A stretch of DNA of 64,000 bases from a virus. The translations under genes and the position numbers were made by a program. Shown piece after piece: positions 58,601 through 64,000 of the stretch (within the stretch, counting starts at the first letter, position 1; each line of letters opens with the position of its first letter). The DNA is taken from the IMG/VR virus record IMGVR_UViG_3300026263_000200; one strand, written 5' to 3'. The notes below the pieces were generated by a model. That model did no database searches. It had not been told where the DNA came from and saw only the letters and a program-made list of their open reading frames with translations.

Positions 58601-58635
58601 GACACAGGCGACCATATATAAAATTCGCCTGTGTC
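58601..58635 (+). terminator. stem-loop (probable terminator/processing site)
   Basis: GACACAGGCGA / TCGCCTGTGTC perfect 11-bp inverted repeat. Confidence 0.6.
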
Positions 58636-58802
58636 TTAATAAAAGGAAATTATGATAGAAGAAGAACTTAAATTAAGTAAAGAACAAAAAGAGTGGATAA
58701 AAGAGTTTATAAAAAAACACACAGCAAGAGGTTCACATAGGTGGGCATTTTGGTGTGAAGGAATTATAATAGGATTAATAATAGGAATGATAATATAATA
58801 TT

Positions 58803-59138
58803 ATGAAAGAAGATAAATTTGTAAAATTAAACGATAAAATAAAAGCATTAAATTCAACAAGAGTATTTAAAAAGATAACACCAAAGTATGACCTATCTTG
58901 GTATATAAAATGGGTAGCAAGTTTAATGTTAATGGTTGCAGTTTGCTTTAGAGCAGCTGACTTTAATCATATGTTTGATTTATATTTTAGTTTTTGTGGA
59001 ACTACTGGTTGGTTAGTAGTTGGATTTTTATGGCACGATAGAGCATTAATATATTTAAATGCTGTATTATCAACAGTATTATTAATAGGTATATTAAAAG
59101 AAATAACAACTTGTTCTACTTGTATGATACCATTATAA
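58803..59138 (+). CDS. three-TM membrane protein
   Basis: WYIKWVAS...GWLVVGFLWHDRALIYLN. Confidence 0.6.
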   Translation: MKEDKFVKLNDKIKALNSTRVFKKITPKYDLSWYIKWVASLMLMVAVCFRAADFNHMFDLYFSFCGTTGWLVVGFLWHDRALIYLNAVLSTVLLIGILKEITTCSTCMIPL

Positions 59139-59139
59139 T

Positions 59140-60024
59140 ATGAAGACAACTGATTTAACACCAGTAGAAATTCATAATAAAATTTATTACAAAAGGGACG
59201 ATTATTACACTCCTTATGGTAAAGAAAATGTTAATGGAGGAAAAACAAGACAGGCAATTTGTTTGTTTAGAGAATTAAAAGATGAGATTAAAAACAAATA
59301 TAATGGTGGAGTAGTTACAGGTTCATCTGTTAATAGTCCACAAGCACCTATCATAGCGGCAGTTGCTCAAGACTTTGGTTTTAAATGTGTCATAGGTGTG
59401 GGTGGTACAACACCTAAAACAATAGATACCCACCATATGATGAGATTATCAAGACACTATGGTGCTGATATTGAAAATGTTGCAGGTCACGGATATACAG
59501 TTGCAATAGATAGTGGATTAAAAAAGAAAGTAATATCTAAAAAAGGTTATATGTTAATTAAATTTGGTAATAGTGCTGCTACAAATCCTGAATCAATATT
59601 TGATAGTGTTGCTAATCAAGTTGAAAACATACCTGACAAGTTAGATAACCTAGTAATTGCAGTAGGTAGTGGTATACAGTTTGCAGGTATAATAAAAGGT
59701 ATAGAGAAGTTTAAGAAAAAGGTAAAAAGAATTATAGGGGTCACGTTTGTTGACCGTAGTAAAAAGATTGATGAGTACTTAAATCAATTTAGTAATCTTG
59801 AATCAGGTTTTAAGAAGTTTCAAGATTATGAAATGTACAAAACACCTTTACCATATTCAAAATCAGTATGGGAAGATGTGGGTAATGGCTTTATTGACGA
59901 TATATACGAAGGTAAAGCACATAAATGGATGAGAGAGAATATAGATACTACAAAAGAAAAGACGCTATTTTGGAGTATAGGGAGAAGATTAACAGCGGAA
60001 CAAGTAGATAAGTTATATAAATAG
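59140..60024 (+). CDS. PLP-dependent enzyme (ACC deaminase/D-cysteine desulfhydrase-like fold)
   Basis: LTPV...YKRDD...GGKTRQ; VIAVGSGIQFAGI; YEGKA. Confidence 0.75.
   Translation: MKTTDLTPVEIHNKIYYKRDDYYTPYGKENVNGGKTRQAICLFRELKDEIKNKYNGGVVTGSSVNSPQAPIIAAVAQDFGFKCVIGVGGTTPKTIDTHHMMRLSRHYGADIENVAGHGYTVAIDSGLKKKVISKKGYMLIKFGNSAATNPESIFDSVANQVENIPDKLDNLVIAVGSGIQFAGIIKGIEKFKKKVKRIIGVTFVDRSKKIDEYLNQFSNLESGFKKFQDYEMYKTPLPYSKSVWEDVGNGFIDDIYEGKAHKWMRENIDTTKEKTLFWSIGRRLTAEQVDKLYK
60016..60023 (+). promoter_or_regulatory. T4 late promoter
   Basis: TATAAATA upstream of GGAG RBS. Confidence 0.6.
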
Positions 60025-60057
60025 ATATATGATTAAATTAATAAATTGGAGTATAAA

Positions 60058-60582
60058 ATGGCAGAAGAACCAAAACAACATCCATCATTAATTAGTAAGT
60101 CTTCAATGCAAGCAATGGCTGCTACAAGCGGTTCACAGGACTTGTTATTTTCAGAAGTCTTAACTAAAGTAAATAACGCAAAAGATAAAGCTAAAAAGAT
60201 AGAGGTTTTAAAAAAATATAACCATCCATCTTTGAGAAGTATATTAAAAGGATCATTTGATCCTAGTATTGAGTGGGAATTACCAGAAGGCACACCACCT
60301 TTTATGGAAAATCCAGCACCGAAAGGTAGCGAACATACAATGCTTAAAACTGAAGCAAAACGTTTGTGGCATTTTATTAAAGGCGCAGATACTAAAACTA
60401 CAAAAACTCAAAAAGAAACTATGTTTATCCAAATGTTAGAAGGATTACATAGTGATGAAGCAAGATTATTGCTTAATACAAAAGATAAAACTTTACATAG
60501 AGTTTATAAAGGGTTAAGCGACTCTGTAGTTAAAGAAGCGTTTGGTTGGAATGATTTGTACCAAAAATTAGAACAAAAATAG
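60058..60582 (+). CDS. conserved T4-like hypothetical protein
   Basis: FDPSIEWELPEGTPP, ETMFIQMLEGLHSDEA. Confidence 0.65.
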   Translation: MAEEPKQHPSLISKSSMQAMAATSGSQDLLFSEVLTKVNNAKDKAKKIEVLKKYNHPSLRSILKGSFDPSIEWELPEGTPPFMENPAPKGSEHTMLKTEAKRLWHFIKGADTKTTKTQKETMFIQMLEGLHSDEARLLLNTKDKTLHRVYKGLSDSVVKEAFGWNDLYQKLEQK

Positions 60583-60585
60583 AAC
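60571..60585 (+). promoter_or_regulatory. GAAC-N7-GAAC direct repeat (alphaproteobacterial LexA-box-like)
   Basis: aGAACaaaaataGAACa. Confidence 0.55.
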
Positions 60586-60593
60586 ACTTTGTT

Positions 60594-60622
60594 AAAAAAC
60601 CCTTATAAAACAAGGGTTTTTT
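60594..60622 (+). terminator. bidirectional-type rho-independent terminator
   Basis: AAAAAACCCTT-loop-AAGGGTTTTTT. Confidence 0.75.
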
Positions 60623-60626
60623 GTGC

Positions 60627-60655
60627 TTGACTTTCCTTGTGGATTTGTGTATAAT
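60627..60655 (+). promoter_or_regulatory. early sigma70-type promoter
   Basis: TTGACT-N17-TATAAT. Confidence 0.8.
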
Positions 60656-60695
60656 AGACACATATAAACAATAAATATTAGGAGAGAAATATATT

Positions 60696-61025
60696 ATGAA
60701 AAAAGTGATGTTTATTATATTATTGAATTTAGCATTATGGTTTGGACTAACAAGTCTATCCAATGTTGCTAATGCAAGTGAATATAATAAAGCAGTTATA
60801 GCACACGTTATCAAAGAAAATGTGAGTGGTAACGGTGTAGACCATACTGCTTTAATGGAGCAAGAACTACACAGGTTAGTATACGTTATGATAAATGAAT
60901 TTAGTGGCGTATTACAAGCACACCTACCAAATATACTAGATAGTCTTGCTAGTGAAATCAGACAAAAAAATGATAAAGAGTTTAAATGTGCTCTTTTAAA
61001 AGGTTCAAATTATGAATGTGATTGA
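60696..61025 (+). CDS. secreted hypothetical protein
   Basis: AGGAG RBS, signal peptide ending ANA. Confidence 0.6.
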   Translation: MKKVMFIILLNLALWFGLTSLSNVANASEYNKAVIAHVIKENVSGNGVDHTALMEQELHRLVYVMINEFSGVLQAHLPNILDSLASEIRQKNDKEFKCALLKGSNYECD

Positions 61026-61206
61026 GAACATAGTTTATACTTTGGATTGGATATATCAATATATTCCTAAAGAATTAGTATTGATTATATTAACGAGTCT
61101 TGTAATGTTTATTTTTTTAGAAATAGGAGATAGAAAAAGGAAGAAGCAATGGCTAAAAGAGTTAGAACCAAAACCAGTAAAAGGCAGAAAGTCAAAAAAA
61201 GACTAA
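61012..61206 (+). CDS. small membrane protein
   Basis: single TM, basic tail. Confidence 0.45.
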   Translation: MNVIENIVYTLDWIYQYIPKELVLIILTSLVMFIFLEIGDRKRKKQWLKELEPKPVKGRKSKKD

Positions 61207-61586
61207 AGATGGAACTGGCCGAAGTGAAAACTCGTAAGTATAAAACTACCTACACAGATATTAAAAAGTATTTTAAACTTATTAATCAACACGTATTTGA
61301 TAATAAACTATCCCCATTTAATGATATTAAAATTAAACAAATAAAGGATAGACAATATCCTAGAGTATGGGGTCAAGTTGTTATTAATGACCAAGAAAGA
61401 AAAGGAACTAGAAATTACGTATTAGAAATGATACCTAGTTATAAGAACAAAAAAGAATTTGTGGACACATTAGGACACGAAATGATACACCTGTTTCAAA
61501 TGAGTAATTTAGGGGATACAGGAAATCATAATGATATGTTTTATAGCTTTAGACCTAAACTAAATGCTATAGGATTAGATATATAA
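61149..61586 (+). CDS. SprT-like zinc metalloprotease
   Basis: TLGHEMIH...H motif. Confidence 0.7.
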   Translation: MAKRVRTKTSKRQKVKKRLKMELAEVKTRKYKTTYTDIKKYFKLINQHVFDNKLSPFNDIKIKQIKDRQYPRVWGQVVINDQERKGTRNYVLEMIPSYKNKKEFVDTLGHEMIHLFQMSNLGDTGNHNDMFYSFRPKLNAIGLDI

Positions 61587-61605
61587 TAATAAAAAGGATA
61601 TAATT

Positions 61606-61887
61606 ATGGGTGAGGTGAGAAAAACAAAAGAACTAGACCACTATTTAAAGAGAATAATCTTAAAAGTTCCAGACAAAATTCAACAGTTTATAGATAATGC
61701 AGACGGTGAATTCTCTATGATTTATTATACTGGTGATTGGTCAAAAGACATATATGATAACTTTACTGAACTACAAGCAGAAAAGATATTTAAACGTATG
61801 GCACAATTTCAAAGTAAAATAAGTTTTCTCCAAAAGAAAAATGAACCATCAATCGGTGGTTATGAGTACAAAGTAGCGAGGTTTTAG
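61606..61887 (+). CDS. hypothetical protein
   Basis: ORF with AAAGGA RBS. Confidence 0.5.
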   Translation: MGEVRKTKELDHYLKRIILKVPDKIQQFIDNADGEFSMIYYTGDWSKDIYDNFTELQAEKIFKRMAQFQSKISFLQKKNEPSIGGYEYKVARF

Positions 61888-62615
61888 TGAAAATCAAAGC
61901 AAGTACATCTAATTTTTTAAGAAAATCATATTGGTGGTTAAAAGCAACATTATTAGTTGTTGCAATATCAACTATAACATATGGTATAGGAACATTTACA
62001 CCTAATCCACTTGCAGTTAAGAAAGCAACAGAAGAAGTTAGAATAGAACACGCTGAATGGGCAGAAAAATTAGGGTTAAATGAACCTAGTTTTGAATATA
62101 CTAACTCAAAAGAATTTATAATAGAACTTAACAAGTGTGTTGATTTTTTAAATTATCATACACCACCAGATAAAAGAGTACCTATTCAAATGGTGACAGC
62201 ACAAGCCGCTTTAGAGAGTGCTTGGGGTCAAAGTAGATTTGCAGTTAAGGCAAATAACTTATTTGGTATTAGAGTATTCAAAAGTACAAAACCACATTTA
62301 TTACCAGAAGGTGTTGAAAAGTGGCCAGGTTGGGGAGTTAGAGTATTTGAAACAAAATGTAATTCAGTTAAAGAATACATAAGAATATTAAATGAACACC
62401 CAGCATATAAAGAGTTTAGAGCATTAAGAGCAAAATTACTAAAAGATGGTGAACTACTAGACGCAAAAGCACTAGTAAGAACTTTAGATAAATTTTCTAC
62501 TACAGAAGATTATGATGAAAGAGTTATTAATATAATGAGTAAAGTAGAAAAAGTATTAAACGATATTCAAGAGGAAGATAAGCAAGTTAAAATCTTGCCA
62601 GAAACTAAACCATAA
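61887..62615 (+). CDS. GH73 glucosaminidase (Bax/FlgJ-like) peptidoglycan hydrolase with N-terminal TM
   Basis: AQAALESAWGQSRFA...NNLFGI...Y..ILN.HPAY..FR. Confidence 0.85.
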   Translation: MKIKASTSNFLRKSYWWLKATLLVVAISTITYGIGTFTPNPLAVKKATEEVRIEHAEWAEKLGLNEPSFEYTNSKEFIIELNKCVDFLNYHTPPDKRVPIQMVTAQAALESAWGQSRFAVKANNLFGIRVFKSTKPHLLPEGVEKWPGWGVRVFETKCNSVKEYIRILNEHPAYKEFRALRAKLLKDGELLDAKALVRTLDKFSTTEDYDERVINIMSKVEKVLNDIQEEDKQVKILPETKP

Positions 62616-63673
62616 TGAGAAATTTGTTTTTCATTTTAGTAGTACTAGCTAGTGCCATATCTATATCAGGTATTGCTGCCGCTTATAGTATTATAGGACT
62701 AGCAACTTTATTTGCAGGTGCTAAAGTAGCAATTATTGCTATGGGTACTTCATTAGAAGTTGGTAAGTTAGTTGCCGCCAGTTGGTTATATCAAAACTGG
62801 AAGAATCCAAATCTACCACAATCAATAAGGGCATATTTAACTACGTCTGTTATTGTATTAGTATTTGTAACTAGTATGGGTATCTTTGGTTTCTTATCAA
62901 AGGCACACCTAGACCAAGTAAGACCTACAAGTGATAATGCAGTACAAATAACATTAATAGATAAACAAATATTATCACAAAATGTTATTATAGATAGAGC
63001 AGAAAATACATTAAACTTATTAGACAAAGCATTAGAGGTATATATAGATAAGGAATATGTTAGTAGAGGACTAAAAGAACGTAAGAAACAAAAAGAAGAA
63101 AGAGATTTTTTAAATAATGAAATAAGAGTTGCAATGGATAAGATTGCAGAATTGACATTAAAGAAAGGTAATATAGAATTAGACCAATTAAAGATAGAAG
63201 CAGATGTTGGTCCACTTAAATATGTTGCAGAATTAATATATGGTGAAGACGCAAAAGACCATTTTGATGAAGCAGTTAGATGGATTATTATTGTATTAAT
63301 ATTTGTATTTGATCCATTAGCAGTATTGTTATTGATTGCCGCTAACATATCATTAAGAGAAAGAAAATTACAAAATGAAGCGAAGAGTAAGAAAAAAGAA
63401 AAAGAGATTAATTGGCAAAGGGAAGCGACTAGAGCGAAAACTATATCGCAAGGTCTCCGAGATAAGCAAAAGTTTTACAAAACATTTTTTGCAAAATTAG
63501 GTAAAAGAGATTTAAAGAATAGAGATTATGAAGAGTTTTTTAAGAGTATGGGTACGGAAGAGTTAATGAAATTAGGTTTAGATCCAGATGAGATAAGAAT
63601 TAAACTAGACCAGATAATGGAATGGAATGAAAAACCTGGTAAACCGTATTTAGAATCAGGAGTTAAGAAATGA
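62615..63673 (+). CDS. multi-TM coiled-coil membrane protein
   Basis: AAAYSIIGLATLF, LEVGKLV, TSMGIFGFLSKAH, IFVFDPLAV. Confidence 0.65.
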   Translation: MRNLFFILVVLASAISISGIAAAYSIIGLATLFAGAKVAIIAMGTSLEVGKLVAASWLYQNWKNPNLPQSIRAYLTTSVIVLVFVTSMGIFGFLSKAHLDQVRPTSDNAVQITLIDKQILSQNVIIDRAENTLNLLDKALEVYIDKEYVSRGLKERKKQKEERDFLNNEIRVAMDKIAELTLKKGNIELDQLKIEADVGPLKYVAELIYGEDAKDHFDEAVRWIIIVLIFVFDPLAVLLLIAANISLRERKLQNEAKSKKKEKEINWQREATRAKTISQGLRDKQKFYKTFFAKLGKRDLKNRDYEEFFKSMGTEELMKLGLDPDEIRIKLDQIMEWNEKPGKPYLESGVKK

Positions 63674-63972
63674 GAAAGATAGCAATACTATTATTACTAC
63701 TTTTAAATGCGTGTGGTACAGCACCTGCTTGGTTAGCAACATCAGGTGGTGCATATTCAGAATATAAAGTAACTTCACTTATTAAAACAGGTACAGATTT
63801 GGCATTATCAGCTGCTGATTTACCTACAACTAACGATTGGGCGTTATCAAAGATAACAGGTTATGATTGTAAAGTAACTAGAGCAATTAAAGAAGGAGTT
63901 GAGTATATTTGTAAGAACGTTGAAGTACACGTACCTACTAATACTACCATTGACAAAGATGAAAAAAAGTGA
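63670..63972 (+). CDS. lipoprotein
   Basis: lipobox LNAC. Confidence 0.55.
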   Translation: MRKIAILLLLLLNACGTAPAWLATSGGAYSEYKVTSLIKTGTDLALSAADLPTTNDWALSKITGYDCKVTRAIKEGVEYICKNVEVHVPTNTTIDKDEKK

Positions 63973-63978
63973 TATTAT
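63950..63978 (+). promoter_or_regulatory. sigma70-type promoter
   Basis: TTGACA-N17-TATTAT with TGn. Confidence 0.65.
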
Positions 63979-64000
63979 GATACTTATGAAAACACATTAT

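Noticed and set aside
247-63348. Numerous minus-strand and alternate-frame ORFs of 60-185 aa (e.g. 4437-4802, 8256-8624, 33425-33838, 62791-63348)
   Set aside because: Antisense shadows of well-supported genes, with no motifs or RBS
1-64000. tRNA, rRNA or integrase genes
   Set aside because: None recognised by eye; intergenic gaps are short. tRNAscan was not run

Overview
AT-rich segment of a large T4-like (myovirus) phage genome, most likely a marine phage of an alphaproteobacterium such as SAR11 (host is inference). Nearly all genes are on the + strand. It holds T4 core replication genes (gp43 polymerase, uvsX, gp41 helicase, gp61 primase, nrdA/nrdB, glutaredoxin, RuvC-like resolvase), two DNA methyltransferases and an HNH homing endonuclease. 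A late (TATAAATA) region encodes proteins with T4 internal-protein-like N-termini, a holin/spanin-like cassette, and a divergent module: CHASE2-adenylate cyclase versus CsgF, CsgG, a curlin-like repeat protein and a FecR-domain protein. A glycan/auxiliary metabolism island (radical SAM, AsnB, ColD-like, Gmd, glycosyltransferases, GuaC, SET, 2OG-Fe oxygenases) is followed by early-type genes behind sigma70 promoters. Best leads: (1) the curli-channel/FecR/cAMP trans-envelope module; (2) a probable capsid-packaged enzyme payload (RNA-ligase-like protein, kinase/NTase/HxGH-NTase polyprotein, RimK-retropepsin fusion); (3) alphaproteobacterial LexA-box-like GAAC-N7-GAAC motifs at identical spacing upstream of two early promoters. 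All family calls are by motif recognition; no searches were run.
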